64,000 nucleotides of DNA from Amphiscolops sp. MND2022. Lineage: Eukaryota. The notes under the pieces are model-generated. The model saw nothing but the letters and a program-made list of their open reading frames with translations. It did not search any database and was not told the DNA's origin. The translations under genes and the position numbers were made by a program. The stretch spans positions 25,236,001 to 25,300,000 of the forward strand of contig OZ076409.1 in NCBI GenBank assembly GCA_964187785.1, given 5' to 3'. Below, piece after piece: positions 35,198-49,825 of the stretch (positions within the stretch are counted from its first letter, which is position 1; each line of letters begins with the position of its first letter).

Positions 35198-37293
35198 AAC
35201 AACACGGGAACGTCCCAAGTGGGCGCCATACCTAAGGCTCAAAAATATTCAAGGAACAACTATTGGAAACATTTGGAAATTATTTTTTCCAAAAAAATCG
35301 CCCAATGCCGAAAACTCAAAAAGGCTATTTAGGCTCAATAAACGTTTTTACAAGCCGAAAACTTCAAAAAATGCAAGGGATTATCTTGTGACAGAATTCG
35401 AAAATTTTCGAAAAAAGTCGCATAGTGCCGAAAAAACCCAAAGGGGGACCCTTTGGTCTCGCCTCTACTTTTAGAAGCATAAAAAATTTGTGGTTTAGTG
35501 CAAGAATGGAACCCACGATCTTCTGCTTCTCAGAAAATTAGTGTAACAAATGAACAAAAGATTGTAAAAAAGTGGACCATTCAGAGTGAGATTGTCAGCT
35601 GAAAAAGAAAACAAGTCGGGATCGGCCCAAGTCGACGCCATATCTAGGGCTCAAAAATCCAAAAGTTTTATAGTACTGAAAACCTGACCCCTAAGCAAAT
35701 TATGTGACACTTTGGGGCAAAAATTGATATTATACGAGAAATGAAGAAAGTTATATCCGAACTTTGAACACGTTATAACCGAACTTTGGAAACATTACAT
35801 CGGAACATTGAAAACGTTACATCCGAACTCTGAAACGTTATATCCGAACTAGAATCCATGTTGACGTCTCGACAGTGCCGAAAAACCCGAAAGGAGACCC
35901 TTTGGACACAAAAAGTGGCTTATGGTTACAAAAAAACATCAAAAAGGGGACCCTTTGGTAACATTTGAAAATTTTGGAAAAATATCTCACAGAGCCAAAA
36001 ATACTGTAAGGGAGTACCCTTTAGTCCCGTTAAATTCCTTAGATGATGTAAAAAAACATTTTAATCTTTTGTGCAATCTATTAAATTTGCTTACTAAAAT
36101 TCATGAATCATGAAAATTGTAAAAAGTGAACCATTCAGAGTGAGATTGTCAGCTGAAAAAGAATACCCACTGTAACAGTCGGGCTTTTTTCCTCAAGAAA
36201 AAAAGCGCCGACTAAAAAACTACCCACTGTAACAGTCGGGCATTTTTCATTGGGGGAAAAGGCGCCAACTAAGAAGGACAAGGCGGGAACTTTTAAAGTC
36301 GGCGTTATATCTAAGGCTCGAAAAGCGCAAAGAACTGAAAACAAAACAATTTCTATGTCAAAAAAGATTCATTTCGAAAAATCTCACAATGTTGAAAATT
36401 GTAAAAGGGGGGACCCTTTGGGCTTTTTGAAAATCCAGTTTGTTGCAAAATATCAGAAAAATTGAAGGGGACCCTTGGAGACATTAAAAAGTTGTCGAAA
36501 GAAAAACGAAAAATGATTATTTTGAACAGTCTCATAGTGCCGAAAAATGTAGGAGGGGGTTGCAAAAAATCCCTGCAAAAAAATATTGCGGAATCCCTTC
36601 AGTTGCAAAATATCAAAAAAAATTGAAAGGGGGACTCTTTGGAGACAAAAAAACTTTCGAAAAAAAGTCGCACAGTGACGAAAGAAAATTGAAAGGGGGG
36701 ACTCTTTCAGTGGGTGGGCGGAAATAGGTCGAAGGAACGGGATCGAAAATCAGAGTTAGTCCTCAGGTCGACATACCAAATTTTTGAATGGGATCGAAAC
36801 AACTCAGATCGAAATTTTTATAACGTAGTCAGATATGTTCAATTACCGCTAGTGCCCTGAATGGAGGAGCGAAGCGACGTGCCATATGGCCATGCCTCAA
36901 TGTTGCTACTTGGCGAAGGGAGCGAAGCAACCGAGCCATAAAACAAATACGATAAAATTCGACCGCATTCCATTCGATCGCTGCAATTCGATCAAAAGGT
37001 TCGACCTTTGTCCTTTCGACCAGAAAAATTCGACCTATTTACAGCCACCCTCTTTCAGTCCCGTCCGGTTTTGTAGGTTACCTTGAAAAAGTAAAAAAGA
37101 AAGGGGACTAAGTTTGGACTAAGTTTGCCTTGGCCCCGGACTTGGCCTTAGGTGTATGTGGTTTCAGGAGTGTTTTTAAAAATTGGACCGATCAGTGTGA
37201 AGATTGTAGTCACAATTGTGAAGATTGAAGAAAAAAAGGTCACTGCTTTAGTCGGGCATTTTTCCTTAAAAGGATAAAGAGCCGACTAAAAAC
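35198..37293 (-). repeat. Nested cluster of HINE-family copies including a ~21 bp CCGAACTTTGAAAACGTTATA minisatellite (35750-35850)
   Basis: Several AACAAG..AGTCGGCG..TCTAAGGCTC ends and GCCGACTAAAAA ends. Confidence 0.65.
36712..37050 (+). mobile_element. Mutator-like MITE, copy 2
   Basis: GGGTGG...CCACCC TIRs; perfect 9-bp TSD TCTTTCAGT at 36703-36711 and 37051-37059. Confidence 0.9.
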
Positions 37294-37949
37294 AGGCTGC
37301 AGAACTGAACGACAACGGGAAAGATCACATCAAGCTGGCTCCACGCCTTGTCACTGAAACACTACAACCTTGATCTATCAAATTCAAAAGTCAGAGGGAC
37401 AAATCCGAACGTCTGGAAACAATTTGCAACGAAAATAGTTTCTTATCTGTAATGAGTAAGGACGGCAAACAACGTCTCAATTCCACGTCAGCCGGAAGGC
37501 GTGACTATTATCGGCTACGTGTAATCAGGTGTATGGAAATAGATCTACCAGAGGGGGCAAAATTGAGATCTAAATAAATTGATCTAAATAATCAGGTCTA
37601 AAAATCTCTTCTAATTTGATCTAATTTGAGAAAAAAATAAGTCAATTAGGATCTAAAACAAAAAAGTGATATGAAGTATAAAACGCGCCTCGGATATGTC
37701 CCAATTTCCTCTAGTGCCCCGAGGCCCCTTGGGGCCGCTTACATTCCCATCTTGCTATGCGAGGGTGAGCGTGCATACATCGCATCTGCCCCACTTTATA
37801 TTTTCGCTTTCAGAACACATATTGGATCATAAAGGGGATAGACCTTTAAAGTATATTAGTTACATCTGAAAGTTAGACGTAACAAAAAGATCTAATTCCA
37901 TTAGACCCAAGCAATTAGATCAAAGGCGTACACTCCACTATTATCCTCA

Positions 37950-40900
37950 GGTGGACGAGTTGGTTGCCGCGTCGGCTGAGGATTTCAAATTGCTCATTGG
38001 AAAATTGACGAAGGATTGGTTGCTTTGGCTTCCGGAAGATACCGTCAGTCATTTCAAACAAGCTATGTTATCTTCTTACATCAAATCTTTTGACGAGAAA
38101 CTTGACAATATTACTGAAATTGTTTCCAAAAACGTTCCTAATGCTAATCTCGAACGTGCTTCTAGTCCATGTATACAATCATCCAGCTGGGCCGAAGTGG
38201 TCAAGATAACAATTGAAGAGCGGGATTATGATAAAGAAGCTGAAAAGACAGTTATATACAGTATCTCTAATTTTGATGATATAAAAGCATCACAATCAGC
38301 GGGGTGTATCTTCGGAAAAACAGAAGTACAAAAGAATTTCATCGTTTCAGCCAACCGCATGGAAATATGAAAGAACAAAAAGTGCTCATTTGAGACGTAT
38401 CGAAGTTAAATTACGAAATGGTTTTGACAAACTCTGTGTCATGTCGACAGTGAAGTTATCGAAAGGAACCTCTTGTTTTCGTAAAACCCAAACTGTGCTG
38501 GATTGATCGCCAAATCGAGAAGTTAAACTGATAAAAAGTTATTCGGCATCATAAATCTTTCTCGTTTACAGTTCTGTCAGAATTGATCAAATGCATCCAT
38601 CTCAGACAAAATCCAACGTTTGAATGTTGATGAAGATCAATGTCAATGACTAAATCATGTTGATCAAAATTGATGACTTTTGAATTTCAACGGATTTGTG
38701 AATATCAATGGAAGCTTGTCAATACAGAAAATTTGCTCATTATTAGACTGTTTAACTTGAAACTCGTCGCAGTTGGTCTTTCTCACAGAAACATGGCTGA
38801 CTTCTTCTCTTGATAAAAGAGTACTATCACTCTTTGGTCAGTATGAAGTTATCTTAGAAATGATCGTATCAATGGTTCTCATAGTGGTGTAGCCATTCTT
38901 CTGAAATATGGAGCAGATCTTTCTGTGGAACCCCTTCTTCTGCCATTTATGTGTGACTTCAGCGCTTCCTTGACAATGGACTACTCTTCATTCTTTCCAT
39001 CTACCACCCGATCGTATTAGCTGAGAAATTGACCAATCCACTCTCAGTTCTTGCATGAGTTACTGTATTCTTAAATCACAATTAAATAACGCAAGTGAAA
39101 CATGTTTGTGTATCGGGTGATTTTAATGTACCGGGAACGAATTGGTATACTATGACCAGTTATTCATCCAGAGAAATTTCATACCTTGATTGTGTGACTT
39201 CATCAGCTCTACTTCCGAAAACCTGTAGCACTCACCAGGACGGTAAAACGCTTGATAATATATTTTTTAACAATGATTCTCGTGTATTCAGCTTTATAGT
39301 TGATCAAAAATATTATTCATTGAGCGATCATTTCCCAATCACTTTCCAGATCCATATTTCTGCTTCTTGGGCTGTTTCTCGAGACTGTCTAACTCCACAT
39401 TTTTCCTCTAAAAATTTCTTCTAACAAGAAGTTTTGACTTTTTCGTGAACTGCCGGTATAATTTCACCTTCTTTGAATATCCCTCTCAGAATTGTACAAA
39501 AGTTTTCTATGACTTCCTCTGGATTTATGACTTCCTCTGTTATGAATTTTCCGAATGTTCGCAAAAACACCCTGGTATTACTCATCGCATACAATGCATC
39601 TCATCAACAGAAAGAAACAATGCGTAAGAAATGCTCTCGTAATCCTACAAAAACGAATCTTACTCGATAACGTGTCACAAGATTTGGCTCAATCGATTGA
39701 ACTAGATAAAGTTTACTTTGTGAACGGTCGTCTTACGAATTCGATATCCGATTCGTTCAAACTCCTATATTCTCTGTATGGTACAAACTTTCCGCATACA
39801 ATGTCCTACAAATCGGAACATCTAACTCGGAGAGAGGATATCAGCAATGCGTTCAATTCTTTATTTGCTGAAGATTTAAATAATGTACTCCATTTAGTTT
39901 CGAAAGATGCGTCCTCCAAGACAGTGAAACTTGTCGAATTTCTTCAGTCTCTCAACAAAAGACTAATACAGAACGCCATTCAGAAAACTAAAAGCTCGTC
40001 CGCTAATTTTTCGAGCTGTTTTCCAAGTAAAAATCTTCATCTTTGTCCAAAATTATTCGACAGTAGTTTCCTTCCACTTTTCTCATCGATCATTTCAACA
40101 TGCGCATTTCCTCCAATCTGGGAAAATTTTCATAAATTTATCCGATGTTCAAGTCTGAACTCAGAAATTATATTGCCAACTATAGGCCTATTAGCTTGTT
40201 ACCAAAAGTCTCGTTAGTATTTGAAAGACTCCTCTTCAACTTTTTCCATGAGTAAATCAGACACCATAACATTCCGAGTCAGTTTGGATTTCAGTCACGT
40301 AAGAGTGCTGCTTGAAGCTGCTTGATTTCATTGGAACTACCAAATTTCGTAAGTTCGAACAACAATACATTCTATATCTTGATGCCAAAGGATTCGATAA
40401 AGTTCCCCTGAGCGTTTTGTTATCGAAGCTTTTCAGGTTTGGACTTGATGAATTCCTGGAACTTCTCCAATGACAGACATCAGCTTGTACATTTCTGCGG
40501 CGGTTTGTCAAACACCATTCGTGTTATCAGTGGTGTCCTTCGAGGATCGTTATTGAGTCCGCTGCTATCTTTAATTTTCATCAACGTTTTACCAGCCATA
40601 TTCCTCGACTCTATACCCTGGCTTTTTGCAGACGTTTTGAAGCTGCTCTTTTGTTCTCTTAACTTTGAAACTGACATCGCTAGAGTCGCTCTCTGGAATC
40701 TCTCAAACGGTGTGATTGCAAATATAGAAAAGACCAAATATCACCTACTTCCGGGTGATGTTTCATATCGACTTCGTGATGAAAATACTGAGAATGTTAC
40801 TCTCAAAAACTATTGAGAATGTTACTCTGATTTGGGTTTGATTGTTACATCTTTTCGCAAATGGAGAAATCATATCAACTATAGAATAAACAGAGAACGT

Positions 40901-41110
40901 TACACTGCAAAAATTGAGAATGTTACTCTGTTTTGGATTTAATTGTTACATCCATTACATCAAATGGAGATATCATCAACTATAAAATAAACAAAGCAAG
41001 AAGATCGTTTTTTCTTCTGAAATCAACTATTCCTAGGTCCACGTCATCGAAAGTCGAATACATCTTTTAGCTGAGCACTGTCCTTTCAACCATCCTTTAT
41101 GGTTCGGAAG
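37950..41110 (+). pseudogene. Decayed CR1/L2-group LINE (ORF1 remnant, APE endonuclease, RT)
   Basis: LTETWL, GDFN, TH..G.TLD, SDHFP; YRPISL; LDAKGFDKVP, SGVLRGSLLSPLL, FADVLK; many frameshifts. Confidence 0.85.
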
Positions 41111-41499
41111 TGCCAAAAACCTTGAGGAGGGGACTCTTTGGGTTTTTTTAACATCCATTGGGTTGCAAGCTATCAAAAAACTGCAGAGGACCCGTTGGAG
41201 ACTTTACAAAATTTTCGAAAAAAATCTCAAAGCCGAAACTACATCTCAACTTTGAAAACGTTATATCCGAACTCTAAAAACGTTATATCTGAACTTTGAA
41301 AACGTTTTATCCGAACATTGACAATATATCCGCACTACAAAACGTTACAACCGATCTTCGAAAACGTTAACTGCGAACTTTGAAAACGTTGTATGCGAAC
41401 ATTGAAAACGTTACAGCCGAACATTGAAAACGTTATATGCGAACTTTGAAAACGTTTTATGTGAACTTCGCAAAAAAAGATATATCCGATCCAAATCTA

Positions 41500-44400
41500 A
41501 ATAAGCTCAGTTACCTTTAAACTGCTGGGGAACAAAGATAACGTCTAAAGGACAACGTCTAAAATTTCACCGAAAATAACGTCCAAAAGAATAACATCTA
41601 AATCTGAAAAGGACGGGAATAATTTTTTTAAAAAAAACGAGAATAACGTCTAAAAAGTGGAACAACGTCTAAAAAGAGGAATAACCTCTGAAATTGACAA
41701 ATACGTTAAAAATGTCGAAAAATCATCAAAATACGTCTGAAAAACGGGAATGATGTCCGAAAATTGCAAATACGTATAAAATGTCAAAAAATATTCAAAT
41801 TACATGGGAGCGGGAGGACCGTCTGAAGAATAACATCTAAAAACGAAACGGCAGAAACGTCTAATCATTTTTGGGAATATTGTGTAAAATCTTAGACGTT
41901 ATTCTTGTTTTGAAAAGGGTTTTTCAGAAAGCGAAACTATCATGTTGTGAGGCACATGCAGTGAACGTGCACGCTCGCTCTCTCCGTCGCAAACATCAGC
42001 TCCCACTACGATCGCTTCGTGATCTCCGTTCCTACTAGGTCTTTGCTCCTGTTCGACCTCACTTAGCGAAATGATAACAAAAGCGGACCCAATATGACGC
42101 AGGGCACTAGACGAAATGGGGACATATCCGAGGCACGTTTTATACTTCATATGACTTTATAGTTTTACATCTTAAAAGACTGAAATTTTTTTTTGATTCC
42201 ATGTGTTTTCCTGTCTTTCAGTTGTTTTTATTTGACTGAGATTTTGAGCGTTTTCCTGTATTTTATACATAATTCCTGTTTTTCGAACGTATTTGGATGG
42301 TTTTTGATGATTTGAACGTTTTTTTCTGATTTAGGTACAATTAATCATCACACACAGATTTTTACACATCTCCGACGGCCTTTGATTATTTCATAGACCT
42401 TTCTTGAGAAACTAGAGCAAGGGAAGAACTTTTCAGAACAAGAAACAATATTTCAAAATCAGGAATAGCATCTAAAAAACGGGAATAATGTTTGTATCTT
42501 CAGACTTTATTCCTTTAGTCGTTATTTCCGCCACTGCAAACTGTTCAGGTATAAAGCTTTTGTATTGTGTATCTTAGCAGGTCTTCGTGGTCGGGCAATA
42601 ACCCTACCAAATTTTCGCAGGCGACGTGCAGGGACCTGTATGCCCGCATTTGTAACGAAGAAACATCTTATGGAAGTGGGGGTAAAATGGAAAAACATCA
42701 TTTTAAACCAATCCAATTGGATGAAATTTGGCATGGCCTGAGCGGAAAGGATGCTAAATTGTAGGAGCATTTTTTCCTGGCTTAGGTTTTCCAGGTGACT
42801 TTTTACCAATTTTGCGTTATTTTGCGTTTTTTACGTCTTTGAGTTTGTCGTTTTTATTTTTTGTCAGGGCATCCTAGCCACTTTTTTGCACTTACATTAT
42901 TGCGCCATCTAGACAAACGTCTGCTGGGAATTTTTGGTTGCATTCCATCGCCCCCCTCCGAGATAGAGGGGTACCACGTCCAAATTCGGGGAAACGCCAA
43001 TTTTGAGCATGAAGCGGCGCATTTAGTGTGCCCGCGCCGTCCTGAAGTGTCGTTGGGCGTGATGAGGTAGATCTGATGACAAGTGTGGTTTTTACGCCCA
43101 AACCCTCCTGAGACCGGAAATGGTCTTTTCAAACGTTTATTTACAGAAAGTCGTCACTTTCATAGGTAAGGAGTCGTTTTAAGGGCGCACTAAAGGGTAT
43201 CAAAGCTGAAAACCAATCTAGGCTCAACGTCCAAACAACATGGTGACCAGTCCTGAAAACCTTTATAACTTGAAATGGAGTTTAAAAACCCCTTTTGAAC
43301 GTTTTTGACATTGTGAATCGAATTTAGATCGTTTAGTTCAAGGAAATCCCATTAACCAGTATAAGGATGAGGTTCTAGTTAACTGGGGAGCCGTAAGCGA
43401 CATGATCCTGCAACGGAGTAACCCCTGTGGCCGGAAGTTGACCGCCCTGGCCGGAAATGCTTTGAAGTTAGTTCAAATATGTTTTTGAATACGTATTTTT
43501 TGAACCTTTTTCGAAACCAAATGCCACCTTAGTAAATTGTTTCTCTGATTTTCTAAACACGGATCACCTTTATTACCCCCGATAGCCTTTCAAGTTGACC
43601 TTTTGTCAATTTTGAAGGCTATCATTTGTGAAGAAAAATAAAATATTTGGTGTTCTCGTTCCTGTTGATTTTTTTCATTGACGTTTCTTAAGCTCAACCG
43701 CCTCAAACTCATTTCAGCGTGATTAGAAGCGCCCTCTAGTCTAGCGTTGCTTTACAATTGCAATTCACATATAGATGACGGTATTAGCTGTCTCCACGAA
43801 CTGTTATCAAGGCCCACCGTCTGTGGGCATGCCCTTCGACGACGTATGCCAAATTCTCCCCTTTGACGACTGCTCTCTAGGAAAAAGACAGAGGTATAGT
43901 CTGCGTTTTCTACGAAGAGTGCTGACTAAAAACCAAAAGACCAACGAAAACGAAAATATCCTTTAAAGTCTGGAGGAAAGCTTCAAAGAGCAAAATCATA
44001 AAATAATGTCTGAACAGGAAAAACGTATAAATTCGGGAAAGTGATATCAAGTACAAAACATCAACATCCCATTTTCCTAGGCGAGGTCGAACAGGACCAA
44101 ACACCAATGGAAACAGATCGCGAAGCAATCGTAGTGGGATCTGCTTTTTGCGACGGTGTGGACGAGCGTGCATACACAGAATATGCCCCATATTCGGTAG
44201 GAAAAAAGGTTAAAATGCTCTGATATTCGTTAAATAGGGCATTAGAAAAAAGAGTCTTTAACCTTCCAGATTTTATTCAGGTCATATTTGGATCTCATTC
44301 TGATTTTCGAAGATAAGCATGTCAAACTTTTAGATCTCATTCCGTTTTATCCTAATCTTTGAACGGGCGAACGAGAACCAGAGAAACAATTTTTCAGCAC

Positions 44401-47400
44401 TAGAAACAAGATTTCAAAGTTGAGAAAAACATCTGAAAAACGTAGACATTGGTACCCTCGCGACAATCCTCGGTGGTTTTGTATCAATTGATCTACAAAA
44501 AAGCGAAAAACTCACATTTGCACTTTCAGAAAGTCTAATGTCTATACGGAAATAACGTCTAAAGAAGGAATAGTCTGTTTGTATTTATTCTAAATACGCT
44601 CAATTACCTTCAAACAGCTGGGGCACAGAGATAACGTCTAAGGAACAACGTCTAAAATTCCACCAAAAATAACGTCCAAAGGAATAACATCTAAACCTGA
44701 AAAGGACGGAAATAACTTTTAAAAAACGAGAATAACGTCTAAAAGTGGATTAACGTCTAAAAAGAAGATTACCCTCTGAAATTGACAAATACGTTTAAAA
44801 TGTCAAAAAATCATCAAAATACGTCTGAAAACGGGAATGACGTCCGAAAATGGTAAATACGTATAAAATGTCAAAAAAGGATTAAATTACATGGGAGCGG
44901 GAAGAACGTCTGAGGAGTAACATCTGAAAACGAAACGGCAAAAACGTCTAATCATTTTTGAGAATTTTGTAAAAAGTCTTAGACGTTATTCTTGTTTTTA
45001 AAGGGGTTTTTCAGAAAGCCAAGCAATCATGGTGTGAGGCACATGCAGTGAACGTGCACGCTCGCTCTCTCCGTCGCAAACATCAGCTCCCACTACGATC
45101 GCTTCGTGATCTCCGTTGCTACTAGGTCTTTGCTCCTGTTCGACCTCGCTTAGCAAAATGATAACAAAAGCGGCCCCAAGGGGCCGCGGGGCATTAGACG
45201 AAATGGGGACTAATCCGAGGCACGTTTCATACTTCATATCACTTTATAGTTTTACATCTTAATTCTTTCAAATTTTTCCGATTTCATGTGTTTTCTCGTC
45301 TTTCAGTCGTTTTTATTTGATATTGAGATTTTGGGCTTTTTCCTGGATTTTATACGGTATTCCTGTTTTTCGAACGTATTTGGATGGTTTTTGATGATTT
45401 GAACGTTTTTTTCCGATTTAGGTACAATTAAACATCACACAGAGATTTTTGCGCCTCTCCGGCGGCCTTCGATTATTTCATAGACCTTTCTTGAGAAACT
45501 AGAGGAAGGGAAGAATTTTTCAGCACAAAAAACAATCTTTCAAAATTGGGAATAGCATCTAAAAAACGGGAATAACGTTTATATCTTCAGACTTTATTCC
45601 CGCCACTGCAAACTGTTCAGTTATAAAGTTTTTGTAATGTGTCACTTCTTAGGTCTTAGTGGTCCGGGCAATCACCCTACCAAATTTTCGCGGGCGACGG
45701 GCAGGGACCTGTATGCCCGCATTTGTAACGAAGAAACATCTTATGGAAATGGGGGTACAAAGGAAAAACATCTTTTTAAACCAATCCAAATGGATGAAAT
45801 TTGATATGGCCTGAGCGGAAAGGATGCTAAATTGTAGGAGCATTTTTTCCTGGCTTTGGTTTTTCCAGGTGACTTTTTACCATTTTTGCGTTATTTTGCG
45901 TAGACATTGGTACCCTCGCGACAATCCTCGGTGGTTTTGTATCAATTGATCTACAAAAAAGCGAAAAACTCACATTTGCACTTTCAGAAAGTCTAATGTC
46001 TATACGGAAATAACGTCTAAAGAAGGAATAGTCTGTTTGTATTTATTCTAAATACGCTCAATTACCTTCAAACAGCTGGGGCACAGAGATAACGTCTAAG
46101 GAACAACGTCTAAAATTCCACCAAAAATAACGTCCAAAGGAATAACATCTAAACCTGAAAAGGACGGAAATAACTTTTAAAAAACGAGAATAACGTCTAA
46201 AAGTGGATTAACGTCTAAAAAGAAGATTACCCTCTGAAATTGACAAATACGTTTAAAATGTCAAAAAATCATCAAAATACGTCTGAAAACGGGAATGACG
46301 TCCGAAAATGGTAAATACGTATAAAATGTCAAAAAAGGATTAAATTACATGGGAGCGGGAAGAACGTCTGAGGAGTAACATCTGAAAACGAAACGGCAAA
46401 AACGTCTAATCATTTTTGAGAATTTTGTAAAAAGTCTTAGACGTTATTCTTGTTTTTAAAGGGGTTTTTCAGAAAGCCAAGCAATCATGGTGTGAGGCAC
46501 ATGCAGTGAACGTGCACGCTCGCTCTCTCCGTCGCAAACATCAGCTCCCACTACGATCGCTTCGTGATCTCCGTTGCTACTAGGTCTTTGCTCCTGTTCG
46601 ACCTCGCTTAGCAAAATGATAACAAAAGCGGCCCCAAGGGGCCGCGGGGCATTAGACGAAATGGGGACTAATCCGAGGCACGTTTCATACTTCATATCAC
46701 TTTATAGTTTTACATCTTAATTCTTTCAAATTTTTCCGATTTCATGTGTTTTCTCGTCTTTCAGTCGTTTTTATTTGATATTGAGATTTTGGGCTTTTTC
46801 CTGGATTTTATACGGTATTCCTGTTTTTCGAACGTATTTGGATGGTTTTTGATGATTTGAACGTTTTTTTCCGATTTAGGTACAATTAAACATCACACAG
46901 AGATTTTTGCGCCTCTCCGGCGGCCTTCGATTATTTCATAGACCTTTCTTGAGAAACTAGAGGAAGGGAAGAATTTTTCAGCACAAAAAACAATCTTTCA
47001 AAATTGGGAATAGCATCTAAAAAACGGGAATAACGTTTATATCTTCAGACTTTATTCCCGCCACTGCAAACTGTTCAGTTATAAAGTTTTTGTAATGTGT
47101 CACTTCTTAGGTCTTAGTGGTCCGGGCAATCACCCTACCAAATTTTCGCGGGCGACGGGCAGGGACCTGTATGCCCGCATTTGTAACGAAGAAACATCTT
47201 ATGGAAATGGGGGTACAAAGGAAAAACATCTTTTTAAACCAATCCAAATGGATGAAATTTGATATGGCCTGAGCGGAAAGGATGCTAAATTGTAGGAGCA
47301 TTTTTTCCTGGCTTTGGTTTTTCCAGGTGACTTTTTACCATTTTTGCGTTATTTTGCGTTTTTTACGTCTTTGATTTTGTCGTTTTTACTTTTTGTCAGG

Positions 47401-49825
47401 GCATCCCAGCTACTTTTTTGCACTTACATTATTGCGCACTCTAGAAAAACGTCTGCTGGGTAATTTTGGTTGCATTCGATCGCCCGCCTCCGAGATAGAA
47501 GGGTACCACGTCCAAATTCGGGGAAACGCTAATTTTGAGCATGAGGTGCCGCATTTAGTGTGCTCGCGCCGTCCTGGAGTTTCATTGGGCGTGAGGAGGT
47601 AGATCTGATGACATGTGTGTTCTATACCCCCAAAGCCTCCAGGGACCGGAAATGGCCTTTTTAAACGTTTATTCACAGAAAGTCGTCACTTTCATTCGTA
47701 AGGAGTCGTTTTAAGGGCGCCCTAAAGGGTATCAAAGCTGAAAACCAATCTAAACTCAACGTCGAAACAACATGATGACCAGTCTTGCGTACCGCTATGA
47801 CCGGAAATGGAGTTAAAAAACCCCTTTTTAACGTTTTTTGACATTGCCCCTTTTTGACAATTTTCGACATTGTGAATCGAATTTAGATCGTTTAGTTCAA
47901 GGAAATCCCATTAACCAGTATGAGGGTGAGGTTCTAGTTAACTGGGGAGCCGTAAGCGACATGATTTTGTAACGGAGTAACTCCTGTGGCCGAAAGTTGA
48001 CCACCCTGGCCGGAAATAATTTGAAGTTAGTTCATAGATGTTTTCAAATACGTATTCTTTGAACCTTCTTTTGAAACCGAATGCCACCTTTGTAACTTGT
48101 TTCTCTGGCTTTCCATATACGGATCATCTTTATCACCCCCGAAACCCTTCCAAGTTGACCTTGTGTCAATTTTGAAGGCTATCATTTCTGAAGAAAAATA
48201 AAATAATTGGTGTTCTCGTTCCTGTTGATTTTTTTCTTTTTTAAAAAAAGACATTTTTTGAACATTTTGAACATTTTTTAAACTCAACTGCCTAAAACTC
48301 GTTTTAGCATGTATAGAAGCGCCCTCTAGTCTAGCGTCGCTTTACAATTGCATTACACATATATATGACGGTATTAGCTGACGCCACAAACTGTTATCAA
48401 GGCCCATCGCCTGTGGTCATGCCCTTCGACGACGTATGCCGAATTCTCCCCTTTGACGACTGCTCTCTAGAAAAAAAGCCAGAGCTATAGTCTGCGTTTT
48501 CTACGAAGAGCGCTGACTAAAAACCAAAAGACGTACGAAAACGAAACCAACCATTAAAGTCTGGAGGAAAGCTTCAAAAAGCAAAATTACATAATAATGT
48601 TTGAACAGGAAAAACGTATAAATTCGGGGAAGTGATATCAAGTACAAAACATCAACATCCCATCTTCCTAAGCGAGGTCGAACAGGACCAAACACCAATG
48701 GAAACAGATCGCGAAGCGATTGTAGTGGGACCTGGTTTTTGCGACGGTGTGGACGAACGTGCATACACAGAATTTGCCCCACATTCTGTAGGAAAAAAGG
48801 TTAAAATGTTCTGATATTCGTTAAATAGAGCATTAGGAAAAGAGTCTTTAACCTTCCAGATTTTATTCAGGTCATAATTGGATCTCATTCTGATTTTCGA
48901 AGATAAGCATGTCAAATTTTTAGATCTCATTCCGCTTTATCCTAATCTTTGAACGGGAGAACGAGAACCAGAGAAACACTTTTTCAGCACTAGTAACAAG
49001 ATTTCGAAGTCGAGAAAAACATCAGAAAAACGTAGACATTGGTACCCTCGCGACAATCCTCGGTGGTTTTATGTCATTTGATCTACAAAAAAGTGAAAAA
49101 CTGACATTTGCACTTTCAGAAAGTCTAATCTAAAAAACGAGAATAACGTCTAAAAAGTGGAATAACGTCTAAAAAAAGGAAAAACGTCTGAAATTGACAA
49201 ATACGTTTAAAAAGTCAAAAAATCATCTTAATACGTCTGAAAAACGGGAATGACGTCCAAAAATGGCAAAAACGTATAAAATGTCAAAAAAGAATCAAAT
49301 TACATGGGAGCGGGAAGAACGTCTAATGAGTAACATCTGAAAACGAAACGGCAAAAACGTCCAATCATTTTTGAGAATATTGTGTAAAGTCTTAGACGTT
49401 ATTCTTGTTTTTAAAGGGGTTTTTCAGAGAGCGAAGCAATCATGACGTGAGGCACTTGCAGTGAACGTGCACTTCGTGATCTCCGTTGCTACTAGGTCTT
49501 TGCTCCTGTTCGACTTCGCATAGCAAAATGATAACAAAAGCGGCCCCAAGGGGCCGCGGGGCACTAGACAAAATGGGGACATATCCGAGGCACGTTTCAT
49601 ACTTCATATCACTTTTTAGTTTTACATCCTAATTCACTCAAATTTGTCCGATTTCATGTGTTTTCCCGTCTTCCAGTCGTTTTTATTAGATTTTGAGATT
49701 TTGGGCATTTTCCTGGATTTTATACGTTATTCCTGTTTTTCGAAAGTATTTGGATGGTTTTTGATGATTTGGACGTTTTTCTCCGATTTAGGTACAATTA
49801 CTCATCACACAGAGATTTTTGCGCC
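41500..49825. repeat. Complex tandem array, ~3.1 kb unit in ~2.2 diverged copies, plus an internal exact 1458-bp duplication (44441-45901 / 45899-47359)
   Basis: Unit starts near 41505, 44599, 46057 and 49130 with ATAACGTCTAA subrepeats; duplicated pseudo-ORFs in the track; CGT microhomology at 45899-45901. Confidence 0.85.

Noticed and set aside
41240..41470. ~21 bp CCGAACTTTGAAAACGTT array as a CRISPR array
   Set aside because: Contiguous degenerate tandem units with no unique spacers, no cas genes, eukaryotic context; the same applies to 57596-57945
43065..43125. CTGATGA...GAAA as a hammerhead ribozyme
   Set aside because: No convincing stems I-III around the core in either copy (also 47605); an Infernal search would be decisive
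41899..48930. Repeated short ORFs (EVEQ...EAIVVG, SGHPS...) as genes
   Set aside because: They are translations of tandem repeat units in both orientations, with indels and no recognisable domain or splice structure
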